Shown: positions 26,344-38,207 of the stretch, piece after piece | How the letters are laid out: each line of letters starts with the position of its first letter | How positions within the stretch are numbered: the first letter of the stretch is position 1 | Assembly (NCBI GenBank): GCA_016748015.1 | Contig: JAAOMT010000492.1 | Span: 4,747 to 57,655, forward strand | DNA length: 52,909 bases | Reading direction: 5' to 3' | Origin: Geosiphon pyriformis uo1 | Lineage: Eukaryota > Fungi > Glomeromycota | Program-made: the position numbers and the translations under genes | Notes under the pieces: generated by a model | What the model was told of the DNA's origin: nothing | What the model saw: only the letters and a program-made list of their open reading frames with translations | Databases searched by the model: none

Positions 26344-29300
26344 GATTTGGATAAAGAACAAAGGATAAAGAAGGATAAAATATGAATAAGTTATTATTCA
26401 AAGAGGTTTTCTTTAAAAGTTTATTTAATAGTACATTTAGAAAGTTATTTGTCTAAAGGCGAGTTCTTATTTTATATTGTTTCTTCTATGTTCCCCATAG
26501 TGTTACAAATCAATTTATTAACCTTATTCATCATATTAAATAGGTTTAACTATCAACAAATTTAAGTTTCTTAAGTACACAATATACTAAAAAAGTTTAT
26601 AATTGTCTCATTGTATTGTTGGGCTAAATGACCAGTTCAATTTCTTTGTAGAACAACAACAACAGTAACAATAACAAATTAGGCGCATAAAAATTACTGT
26701 ATGATTTAATCATATGACCCCTATCATTATTAATCATTTTCTGTTTTACTATGAATAAAAGCATAAACACTGTTTCTTAAATTTTGGCCTAATGCTAAAA
26801 CAAATTTTAGCATTATCCTTTTAAATATCATAATATCACATTTCATAATTTAAAACAGTATATTTTATTGATAGGTGAACTTAATTTTTTAAACTTTTTT
26901 TCGTATAAAGAATAACTTTGACTCGAAATAAAGCAATTTTTTTAAATAATATTTTTAATAAAAACACAATTATTTATATTCAAATAGTATATTTAAAATT
27001 CAGCAATAATACGCGTGTAAAGAAAATCAAGTTACATTATCAGTTTATCCTTAGAGATTCTTAATAAATTTTTTTTGAAATTGGCAAAAAAAAGAATCTT
27101 ATATTCTTTCTATATAAGGGAAAATGTATTTGCTTGTAATCGATGGCATTTAATAGCATAATTCTAGAAAAGCAGTTTTTAATAAAGAAATCATTAAGCA
27201 TTTGCCACACTGCAATTATGAGCATATAGATGAGTTCTTCTAATTTCTTTGGGTTCCATGATGTGAATAAGTGCGTAAAAAGCATATAATGTGAATAGAT
27301 TATATTCGAAGAGCGTAGGTTTAGAAATTTTTTTTTTAAAGCGGAGTTGGTATTTTTACTGTTTCTTCATATTAACAAATCATAAAATGTCGTTATTCAT
27401 GAAACTAGTATTCGATGCAAATCATACTAAATTGGTTTAAAGCTCAAAATGAAATAAATATAGGGAATCAAAGACATTTTAAAAATTTAAATATTAATTC
27501 GAATTTTCATAACATTAAAAAATTTATCTTTTAAAATGCAATAATATATATATTTTTATTAATAGTGTTAGTTTTAGTTTGTATAACAGTAAAACAGAAA
27601 AGTTTTATTAACAGCTCCTTTTAGTTTCTTGTTTTTATTAGCTCTTGGTTTCTTTTAAACTAACTTTGAGTTCTTCAATCGAAAACTTTCCGATTATTAA
27701 TTAATCGATTAAAGGTATTTTAAAGAGATTCTCTTAGGTATATCTATAAATAAAGCTTTATAAACCAATTAATTAGAGAATATCAAAAAAAGGTAGTTTA
27801 AATTTCAAATGCCAGAGTGATCCCACAACTGCTAAAATCAAAATTTCGCCGCTAATTTACATTAGACCTCAAAATCATTTAAATCTATCAAATTTCAAAT
27901 CATGTTGTTTAATCATTTTTAAAAGCAAGAACTCGATAATAAAATTAAAGAGTTAATGAAATTTAACCGTTACAATATTATTTAACAAAAGAATTTTAAT
28001 TTTTTAGTATAAACTCTTAAATATGTAGATATGTAGAAATGCAATTTTTCTTAACTTATAGAGAATAAGCTTCTCATAATTTAAAAAATTGATAAAATAA
28101 TTAAAAACTTAATTTTAAAAAAAGCAAGTATTTTTAAAATTTTTAAAAAAATACATAAGCAATTATAAGTTATAATGCTCGAATAATAATATTTAAATAT
28201 AAAATAAATTTAGTTATCATTTTATTGTCTTAATATTTTTTTCTTTTTAAAAAGTAATAATAAAATCTTTTAATATTAATCTAATTTTATTATATTAATT
28301 AAAGTTAAAATAAAATTAATTTTTATTGCTCAATTGTAAATTTTGTAAAATTAAATAACATTATTAAAATACCACAATATAATTTATTTTGAATTAAATA
28401 AAGATTTTTAAACAAAAGATATTTAATTTACATTTAAAATTGAATATAAATATAAAATATAAATTTGAAAAAATATATTATAAATAAAATTTTGATTATT
28501 TGTTTTATTTACTGTTTTTATTTTTTTAATGTTCTTTTTAAAATATAAAGTTTAAAACTTAATCAGTTATTTCTTTATTTTGGAATATTAACAATTTTTT
28601 TATATGAAAAAACTCGCTGCACTAATGTCATACCTCCAATCTATTGTGAAATCCTTTCATTTAAGTGATGAATTTCCTAATAAAAGATCTTGAATAAAAT
28701 ATCAAATTTAGGTAATATAGAGTAGATAATCAATTATTTAAGTAATTATTTTGCTCAACTGGCTTCCAAGTTAGAAATATTAGATTTTTACCAATTTTTT
28801 TTGAGAAACCTTTAATCTAGTTTCGCCCTTATACCGGTTCAAATAGAGGTTCACCCTTTAAAAAATTATTATAACTAAAATAAAATTTTCTTTTTAAAGT
28901 TCAAAGTAAAAGACTTTGATAAGAATTCCAAATCTAATTATATCATAATTTTTATTTAAATACTTTTCAGGTTTGAATAACCTGAAAAATATCGAACTAT
29001 TTATTTATTAATTTATTTTTTATTTATTTTATAGCCACCTCTATGTTAATTTAATTAATATGTTTAATTTCCATAAAAATTTCAAATGCTTTAGAATTAT
29101 TATCATGAAAATTTATAAAGCCGATTAAGTTTTTATTGTAATTTTAAATTTCTAAAAATTTACCAAAGTCATTTTAACTCCAATTATATAGATTAAACAA
29201 AGTTACTGAAAATGTTTATTATTAGACAAATAATTAATTCAATATAAAGTGTTTTCTAAAAAAAAAGGAATATGCAAAATAATAAATATTGATTATTTCT

Positions 29301-30019
29301 TTTTTTAATTTTTATAAAAATATAAACATATTTTTATTCTATCTTAATTTCATAAAATTTTATAAAATAAAAGTAAATTATTTTTGTTCATTATTTAAAG
29401 ATCATAAATATAAAATTTAAAATCAATTTATAAAATTTGTTAAATATTGACATTTAAAAAAAGCGATGAAAATTTTTCACAAACGCAATATAATATTTGA
29501 TCACTATCTAAATTTTTAATATTATTTGATATTAAAAACTCTCAACATACAACTTTTCTTAATACGAAATCAAATTTAAAAAATATTCAAATCAAAAACT
29601 TTTATTTTCAACTTCTTAATAATTCTGATCAATGATATATCTATTATTAAATTATATGAAAATAAACTTTTTTTAATTATAAAAACCATCAAGCTCATCT
29701 ATTAATAGAATATATTATTATGAAATGATTTTCAGTGAATAAATAAATTTAATTTACTCCTCGAATTACATTTAAAATTTTGAATATCTCTGATACTTTA
29801 TTGATTTTCATTTAAAGTCTTATTTTTTAATTTAAATTACACATTTTAACTAAAGATCTGAAAATGATTAATGAAGCAACGATTAAATTATATAGCATTT
29901 TTCATACTTCACATGAAACCTAATTGTTTTTATACTTGTTTCGCTATAAAGGAATCAAACTATTTGTTTAGAATATGAAACTTTATGATTTTTAAAAATA
30001 TAGAAACAGCCTTTAAAAA

Positions 30020-30143
30020 TCTTTCTAAACGTATTATCGAATAAAGCTTTAAAAAAAACCTCTTCGAATAATAATCTATTCACATATTATATTTTTTCCT
30101 TTATCCTCTGTCCACTGTCCACATCATGGGAAACAAAGAAATT
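30020..30143 (+). pseudogene. Kinase upstream region plus first 6 codons (MGNKEI), interrupted by the bacterial-like segment
   Basis: tctaaacgtattatcgaataaagctttaaa...ctcttcgaataataa...ccacatcATGGGAAACAAAGAAATT matches 14455-14560, then diverges. Confidence 0.8.
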
Positions 30144-30199
30144 TCATCAAGTTTATCTAAATTCTTTTGAGCTTCTTCGGCTCATATTACTTTATAAAT
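30137..30199 (-). pseudogene. RelE/ParE-superfamily toxin, N-terminal fragment
   Basis: With TGA (30182-30184) read as Trp it gives IYKVIWAEEAQKNLDKLDEIS, resembling the RelE beta1-alpha1 start. It begins ~8 nt after the antitoxin-like stop. Confidence 0.62.
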
Positions 30200-30207
30200 T
30201 TATTTCT

Positions 30208-30741
30208 TTAAGAATGAAATAATTTATTTCAATTTACTTTTTTTAATCCTAAACTTTCCAGCAAATCATTCTCGGTATGAAATTATAGATTTTTTTTTCT
30301 TTTCTTTTTTGTAATATTTTTCTAATTTACTAACCTTTCTAAATATCAAGTTAAAGTCTTTAAAAGGTAAAATTCACGAGGTTTATAGATAAGATTTTCA
30401 AACCTTTTTAAGTTTTTTTCTAAGTGTTGTTTAGTTTCTTTAGGTAAATTTATAGTAGTTAACCTAATTTGGTTTTTAATTCTTTTGAACTTTTATCAAT
30501 CTTCTCTAATGTATATTTTTTTTTAGTCTCGTTATAAAATCCCTAAAGCTTTCCAAACTGAAAATTTTTGAATATCCTCTAACTTTTCAATATACTTAAC
30601 TAAAGTTTCATAAACAATAAATTCTTTAGGTTGCTCACTAACTTTTTTAATATTTTCAAGACACCTTTCTAATTTTTTAGGAAGTTCTAATTTAATTTCT
30701 AACTTTTTTAATTTAGATTTTGTAACAATCGATTTTATCAT
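30208..30741 (-). pseudogene. RelB/CopG-like antitoxin with two tandem RHH-like units (177 codons)
   Basis: One frame without frameshifts. Unit 1 is LELPKKLERCLENIKKVSEQPKEFIVYETLVKYIEKLED; unit 2 is INLPKETKQHLE...KPREFYLLKTLTWYLERL...FHTENDLLESLGL. Contains 3 TGA and 5 internal TAA/TAG. Confidence 0.6.
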
Positions 30742-30765
30742 ATTTGTTATTATTTATATTATAGT

Positions 30766-31080
30766 TTATACTAATATAGATTTTACACTATACAGTTGTT
30801 TTGGTTTATCAATTTTTACTACTCCCACATTAGTTCTTTCCATTTAAGCTAAACTAATATTCTGACTATCTTTAATTACTGCTTTAAAATTGGGAATAAT
30901 ATTTTTAGCATCTTTAATATTATCTCATTTGCTACTTCTTAAACTAATCTTTTCTAAGTTAATTAAGTTTGATAAGTCTAGTTGAATAATACTTTTACAA
31001 TCAGTTATTCATAAGTTCTTAATTTTTTTACTCTCATCTTTATCAAATTTAAGCACTTGAACTGCTTTCTGCCAATTATT
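30766..31080 (-). pseudogene. Code-4 gene fragment with an LRR-like segment
   Basis: KIKNLWITDCKSIIQLDLSNLINLEKISLRSSKWDN; both W are TGA. One internal TAA. Confidence 0.5.
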
Positions 31081-31223
31081 CAAGAAAGATAATTAAAAGG
31101 TTTGTTTTCAGTTTTGTTTTCTAATTTACTTTATTTTTGTAGATGAGGAAAATAGGGATAAAAAAAACCACTAGAACACCAACACAAAAAGGGTGATTAA
31201 AACATTTAATTTAAAATGAAATT

Positions 31224-31990
31224 ATGGATAGAAATAATTTAGTGCAAACATTCGAAAATTTAACAATTAAAAATGATCTAGAAGAATTTAAAGAAAAGGT
31301 TATCCAAGAAATAGCAAAATTGTGAAAACAATTAGAGAAAATCAAGAACAACTTCTTGACTAAAATAAGCGGAATATTAACAACAAGAAAACTATTAAAG
31401 ATATTGAGAAATATTTAACTAATAAAAAGAAAAGGTTAAATGTTAAAAGGATTAATACTTCTTGGTCACATGACAATTATTACCATTTTAAAAAACATGG
31501 TTTAGACAGCAAGGTTAATATCCACTTTGACTATCCATTTGAGAAAGTATAAAGAAACTACAAACTAAGTTTCACTTGTAATATAAATTAACTAGTCGTA
31601 GATCTGTAAAAAAATCAGAGGATCAACAATAATCTTTTTTATGAATCTTGATATTTTATTACTACATTAGAAAATACTTATAAAAAAGTTTGTGATAATA
31701 GAAATGAGTGTCCTATTTGTGGTTATAATTGTGAAAAATATTCTTGCTCAACATTTTGTGAGTTTTGCCAAAAGAAAACCAATCTGGTTCAGAAGTGTGA
31801 TTGTCAAGCCAAAGAAGTTAAATGGGAAGTTAAAGAAGAAATAAAAAGTTAGTTCTTCCAAAAAAATTCTTCTTCTAATGACCATAATAATAGTGACAAT
31901 GATCAAGTTTATGACTATAAAGACTATGAGTATAAAGAATAAGAAAGAAAACTAATCTATATAATGACTAAAAGACAAGATATTTTATAT
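31224..31990 (+). pseudogene. Decayed hypothetical protein with a Cys-rich segment
   Basis: MDRNNLVQTFENLTIKNDLEEFKEKVIQE at the start; later ECPICGYNCEKYSCSTFCEFCQKK...KCDC. Contains stops and frameshifts. Confidence 0.45.
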
Positions 31991-31994
31991 TTAT

Positions 31995-32297
31995 TCTAAA
32001 GACAAACAAATAGTTTTCTTTTCTTATTATTAACTACTAAAACTGAACCTAAAACTGCTACTATTCTAACTAAAATTAATATATATAAAGTGAATAAAAG
32101 TTCGAATTGTGTTGTTTTCTTGTTTTAATTAAACCAACTCATTTCTTTTGTCTTTTAATTCTTGATTTTCTGCTGGGATTCGATTAGTTTTTTCTCTAGT
32201 TTTTTGTTTTAATTCTCTTAATTGTTTTTTTAAATGGTTTTTCTCCAGTACAAGTTTTTCTATCTCTTCTGTGCCTCTTATTAAATTTCATAATCTT
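31995..32297 (-). pseudogene. Coiled-coil protein fragment with a C-terminal hydrophobic segment
   Basis: RLW(TGA)NLIRGTEEIEKLVLEKNHLKKQLRELKQK...; IVAVLGSVLVVNNKKRK follows after a frameshift. Confidence 0.45.
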
Positions 32298-32618
32298 AAT
32301 ATAAAAAAAATATTTTCCCAATTATTCAAAAAAAATTAATACTTAAACAAATCAACGAGAAAAAAATCCTTGGCTCTCATGTGAGACAAAATGCTAACAT
32401 AATTGATGCACAGGTTGTTAAAAATAGCTAAAACAACTTTCTAAACTTCTTGTAAATTAATTTTCCTAGTATTTTTTGTAACATCGAGAACATGTGATTA
32501 AAATCACTGATTTGCCTTGATTATAACTGTCTCAATTCTTTAAAACTTTATAAGATAATTCATGTTTAAAAATAGGTAAAAAACAACCATGACAAATGAT
32601 AGGAATTTGTCGAGACAT
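32297..32618 (-). pseudogene. CxxC...CxxC Zn-finger protein with two predicted TM helices (code 4)
   Basis: MSRQIPIICHGCFLPIFKHELSYKVLKNW(TGA)DSYNQGKSVILITCSRCYKKY. After a frameshift: LFLTTCASIMLAFCLTW(TGA)EPRIFFSLICLSINFFW(TGA)IIG. Confidence 0.55.
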
Positions 32619-32839
32619 TTTGACAAATTATTTTTTTATCCTTAGAAATTTCCTCATTATTGCTTTGTCTCTTTCTATTTTCATTAATATTTTTATCTTT
32701 TTTTCTTACTACTTATTAGCCAAATTGAACCAATTACTAATATTACTGATCCACCAACAATTAAAGTTGGTTTGATTTAAGAATTATTTAAGAAAATAAA
32801 AGATTAAGAAATAGATAAAAAGTATAATTAAAATAAATT

Positions 32840-33088
32840 GTGAAAATAGAAAAATCGAAAGAAAAAATAAAGTTTTTTCTCACCAATTTGAAAGAAAATT
32901 TGGAGGATCAATTGAGTAATTCTATTAAAAAAAATAAAACAGAAATGAAAAAGTTAGTAGCCAAAAGATTGGCGGAAATAGAAAAAAAATGAAAAAATCT
33001 AAGAATCTTTTTATTAGTTGTTGTGTGTTTTTTAGTTCTTTTATTGATCATTGTTGGAGTATTTTTTTATTTGTCAAGAAATAGTTAA
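32840..33088 (+). CDS. 82-aa coiled-coil, tail-anchored membrane protein; open only under code 4
   Basis: GTG start; the single in-frame TGA (32990-32992) gives ...LAEIEKKWKNLRIFLLVVVCFLVLLLIIVGVFFYLSRNS*. TATAAT at 32823-32828. Confidence 0.6.
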
Positions 33089-33316
33089 TTTTAGTTGGTT
33101 GTGATAAAAGTAATTCTAGAAACTAAAAAAAAGATTAGAGAATGAGACATAAAATAAATAAAGAATGAGACATAAAATAAATAAAAAATGTGATAATAAC
33201 TAGTATCTCCTCTGTATGAGCTCTGCAATCTATATTTTTTTGTAGTTCTTATTTACTTAATAAGAAACTCACACTGAATTTGTTTTCTTCATGTTTTTTT
33301 TCTATTCTTTTAATTG

Positions 33317-35106
33317 CTATTCAATTTCTTCATTAGCTTTCCGTCCTTGTTGGAAATAGACAATTAATTCTACTAATCCTAGCACCACAACAGCCACAAT
33401 TAAGAAATCTGCTAATATTAGTGTATTTGAAGATGGTCCTCTTGGTGGTTGTTTTTCTTGAGCTTTTTTTATTTTTGCAATCTTAGCTTGAATTTCTTTT
33501 ATCAGATTTGTAATAACTTTTTTTTCAGAATCTTCTAAATTATTAGTAAATACACCATTCTGAATAGTTCCACTTTTAGTATATTCTTTTAAGTCTTTCA
33601 ATTACTTTTCTAATTGAGTTTTTTTATTTTCATTTTTTAAATTTTTTCCAGAATAATTAGGGTTGAAAAATTTAAATAAATCAATTAGTTTTTTAGCTTT
33701 ATCAACTTACTTTCTAGATGCTTAGCGAGCTTTCTCTGAGGAATAAGTTCGTTTTTAAATTTTTCTTTTTCTGTAGCCTTTAATATCATTTTCATTAACA
33801 CTATTAATTTTTGCTTTAAATGAAGCTTCATCAACAAAATCTTTGTTTCAAATCTTTCTTAAAAATTCTGCTTGCTTTTCTTTAAAAGTTTTTTGCTCTT
33901 CTTTAGTATCTGTGTATAATTTTAATCTATAGTCAGCATAACCACTTCCATCAGTATGTTTATATATATTGATCATTTCTCGGCCACCAGTTTTGTTAGT
34001 TTTAGGTTTCTTTAATTTAGTTAATTTAGCAATATCTTTTTTAGTAGCACCTTTAACTCCGCAAATTTTCTCATGATTCCCACAGCTTCAAATGCAATTT
34101 TCGCATCATTATTTGTCATGCTATTTTTCATGGCAGTCCTTTTGTCTTTATCACCTTCAATTTTGTTGATTTCAACTTCTAATTCCTTTTTAAAAAGATC
34201 AAGAAGAGAATCATCAGGTTTAAGAGGTTTGTTAATTAGTATTAAGATTTGGCTGTTTATTTCAATAATTTTATTTACTATTTTCTTCCTTCAATGTTGT
34301 TATATTTTTTTGTAGCTAGTATTGTTTTTCCCTGGGTTTTTCAACAAGTAATTGAATAATTTTGCTCTAGCTTCATTCAACTCTTTAATTTTATTAGATT
34401 GATAACTTTTGTAATTTTTTTCGAATGTTTCAATAAATTTTTTTATTATTTGGTAATTATCTTCAACTTTTTTCTTGGACCATTTAGTGCTCCGGCGTAG
34501 TTATTAAAATAATTGCTTTTATTTCAATCTTTGCCATGATTTGCTTTGCTAATACATTTGTGATGCTTCAATGTATTATAATAATTATTTAGTATTTGAA
34601 ATTTACTTATCCTGTTTTCTTCAATTTTATTAAAATAAAGTAAACATTTGTTATTATTGACATCATATCTTTCATTATTTTTACTAATTATATTTTTATA
34701 AGGTATTTTATAAAAAAGTAAATCAATAATCTTATCAATATTTGGTGCTGTTCAAGCATTTATTGTCATTTTAGAATATGGAAAATTATCTATTCCAGTT
34801 TCCAATATTTAATCATTATTGTTAATCATACTTTCAGAATGATTACCATAACTTATAATAGAAAAAGAAATAAAGTCAAAAAATTAACAGGTTTAAAGCC
34901 ACAACATTTATTTCGTTTAGTTTCTTTGCTATAGTTACTGTTATTTATTACACTAATAAAAAATTTACCATCCTAAAAGAAATCAATTAATGCTTTGTGA
35001 TATTGAGTTATTAAAATTCCTTTGTATTTCTTATCAAGACTAGAAAAATACTTTTTAATTTCACTAACATTTAAACTGTTGAAATGAATTTTCTTAAAAA
35101 AGACAT
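33317..35106 (-). pseudogene. Large Lys/Asn-rich protein with a C-terminal TM anchor (code 4), decayed
   Basis: Long near-continuous frames: TINAW(TGA)TAPN, HGKDW(TGA)NK, QHW(TGA)RK, RKIW(TGA)NK. Ends in PPRGPSSNTLILADFLIVAVVVLGLVELIVYFQQGRK. ATG at 35106 with TATAAT just upstream. Confidence 0.55.
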
Positions 35107-36779
35107 ACTAATATTATTATATAATTTAAAATTGCGATGAATTGATAATTGTATTGGGTTGTGATTAAAAAAGACAAGTTGTTTAAGCAGAAAAATGGCA
35201 TACTTTTACACATCTGATTTTCACAAAAAAAATTATTTTGCTAGCTTTACCACAATACTTTTATTTGCATAACACTCCTTTTAATATTTTTGGGATTTAT
35301 TTATTAATATGTAATTAAGGAGAGGTTTATTCATGAAAATAACTCAGATGAAAGTTATAATTATATCAAATCTAAATTATGAATTGTGAATATTTTCAAT
35401 AAAAATATTGATAGTACAATGCTGAAAGACTAAATTTTAACTCTCGATATTGGACACTAGAGAGATTAAAGTTGACATACTTTGAATATAAGAGATTTAA
35501 AACATCAATACTGGTAGAAAAGAGCAGAGTAAATAACGCAGTGAGTTTCTCATGTTGCTGAAACCATAGAATATATTCATTATTTATGCTAATCTCTATA
35601 ATTTTGATATATGCTATTAATCTACTATTGAAAAGAAAAGATATAACTAAAAAATAATGCTAATAGATAAAAATTTTTGCAGATTTTAAGGAATTTACTA
35701 AAAAAGTTGAGAGTTGTCTTTGGTAAATTATTTATTTAGATTTTATATTTTTTTAAAACTTTTGCTAACTAAAATATTGGAGCTTATGTGATTTTACCTA
35801 ATTAATTTCTACAATAAATTCATTCTTTATTATACATATAATTTAATTTTTGAAAGATAAAATAAAAATATTACTACGTTTTCACTGTGCATTATTATTA
35901 ACAGTTAAATGCTAATAACTTCTTCACAAATTAGTTTTTATATTATCTTTATTAAAAATAAAATTGCAAATGTGACAATTAAGTATTATGTTAGTTGTAA
36001 TTAATTGTAACTATATAATTTGAAATCCTCATCAAGTAAAAATTAAGCATTACTTTAATTGAAACTGATTGAGGTTTTATCTTTATTTTTTATGTATGCA
36101 ATCTTTTTTTCAATTAAATGTATTTTTATTTGACTAATTATTTATTTTACTTTTTTAATATTATATATAAATGATTTTATTATTTTTGTTTTTAATTTTA
36201 TAAAAGCTTTATAAATTTAATTGGTATGACGTTTGTTTTCTTATAAATCATGTTATATGTTTAATTTAATTTTATTTAAAGAAATAATAGATTGATCTTT
36301 AAATTTGTTTCTAAGAAAAACTTTTTTATATTATAAAGTGTTTTTTAAATAATATAAAACAAAATAGTGAAAACTATACATGTATAATAATTGATTAATT
36401 TCAAGTCAATTTTGTTAAATAGTATGTAAAAAACTTTGTCAATAAAGATAGCATTAACAAAAGTTTTTAGTCAAACTAGTTGCAAATTCCCAAACTCTCA
36501 TATATATTTTTGAATTGTTCATAAATTGCCAAATTTTAAAAACATAAATTGTCAAAAAAGTAAATAATAATAATAAAACTTAATTAATTCTGGCTAAAAG
36601 CTTAAATCTATAATAAATAATTAATCTGTTGAATTCATTTTTCTAAATTTAATTTGGATATAATTTTTTTTAGTAATGTCTATTAATTACGAATATGGAA
36701 TAGCAAGTTTGAATCCAAATGTTAAAAAAAGCTTTTAGTCTTAAAATCTTAAAATAAATTTTTAGATTCTGAATATTTA

Positions 36780-37940
36780 TAAAGCCTATAAAGTTTTTAA
36801 TTTTACTAAAAATTCAGCTAAATTGTTTTAACCCAAGTTTTATAAATGAGAAAAGGTACAAAAATGTTTATTAACCAAATAATTATTTATGAAGCTATAA
36901 CAAAAATATATTCTAATTTTAAAAAACAATTTTTATTTTATTTTTTCTTCAAAAATCTTATAAATTAATTTAATAAAATTAAATTGTTATTATTAACATA
37001 TATTATCAATCGGTTTATAAACATTATTATATTTTAGACTTGAATGAAAGCTTTGAAAATTCAAAAATGCAATATAATATGTAGACAAATTTTAAAATTC
37101 ATAAAACACTAAAAAAATTTAATCAAAATTGAAAATTTCAAAAAAAAAATTTTTTAAAAAATGAAATTTTATAATAATATTTTTAATTAAAATAAATTTT
37201 TTAACTAAATAATAATCAATAACTTTTATATATTTTAATAAATATTACGTATAATTTTTAATTAATATATAATATATTATTTTACTCAATAAAAATTAGT
37301 AATATTATATAATATTAAACTATAGATAAACTTTTAATTTGATAATAAATTATTGTAAAACTTTTAATCACGAGTTTTAAAAATTAGTCTTTTATATTTT
37401 TTATTAAATTAATTAATAGAATTTAGGTTAGGACGGTTAGATGGCTAATCAATTCCTTTAAGCTAGTTCACCTAGAAGGAATTTTTTAGCTTTATGGTAA
37501 ATGTGATTCAAATCGTTATGATGTTGGAATCGCTAATAATTGGCTACAATTTTTTGAAATTTCTCAAATTACCTGAGTCTAATTGAATTTAAATTGGCAA
37601 AAGTATAGCAAATCTGGATGATATAAATTTTATTCAAAGACTTTTTTTTCAATACTAACGATTACATATTAATATTTTTAATTATCAAGGTAATTTTTAA
37701 TAATATTTCAAAGTTATTACTTTTTATTTTATTTATACTTATAATTTGCTAGTAATTTAAATAGTGCTTAAATAAAGAGCATGCCAAATTAGAATAGGTT
37801 CTTTAATACTTTTATATATATTAATAATTGCGTTAATGATAATTTATTATGTATTACAGTACTTTGATTTCGAATGTCATAACAAAATAATTTTCGTGCA
37901 TGATTTTACTGGCTGTGAGAAGTTAACTTGTGTGAGTTAC
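36780..37940 (+). repeat. Older direct duplication, homologous to ~42070-43350
   Basis: Shared anchors AATGAAAGCTTTGAAAATT, ATTTAGGTTAGGA..GATGGCTAATCAATT, GTTATGATGTTGGAAT and CTTATAATTTGCTAGTAA. Confidence 0.8.
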
Positions 37941-38140
37941 CAGGACAATTAATATTCAGAATCTTCCTATGATTGAGAATGAGGGTGTCATAGCATTGTA
38001 GTAATGAATGGGAACACAGTTACTGTGAAAATTCAGTTGAATTGTAATGACTGTTGCGGTAAAGTACTTAAAAACTTAACAGTTCAATTTTATAACGAAT
38101 AAATAAAAATGGGTGACAGCAGAAATAAGTGAGAGATTTC

Positions 38141-38167
38141 GTGATATTGATATTGATATTGATATTG

Positions 38168-38207
<40 letters not shown>
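38141..38207. repeat. Compound microsatellite (GATATT)n-(TAT)n
   Basis: Read directly from the sequence. Confidence 0.95.

Larger units (their letters stand above)
30144..35130. other. Integrated bacterial DNA using genetic code 4 (Mollicutes/MRE-like), decaying
   Basis: Closely packed, intron-free reading frames on both strands with in-frame TGA at Trp-compatible positions, a relBE-like pair, and Lys-rich coiled-coil/tail-anchor proteins. The right boundary is approximate. Confidence 0.75.

Noticed and set aside
33139-33185. 23-bp direct repeat as an att or target site
   Set aside because: The two copies are adjacent with nothing between them; it is a simple tandem duplication.
30144-35130. 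Mitochondrial insertion (many fungal mitochondria also read TGA as Trp)
   Set aside because: No respiratory, tRNA, rRNA or homing endonuclease sequence was recognised; relBE-like and tail-anchored genes point to a bacterium.
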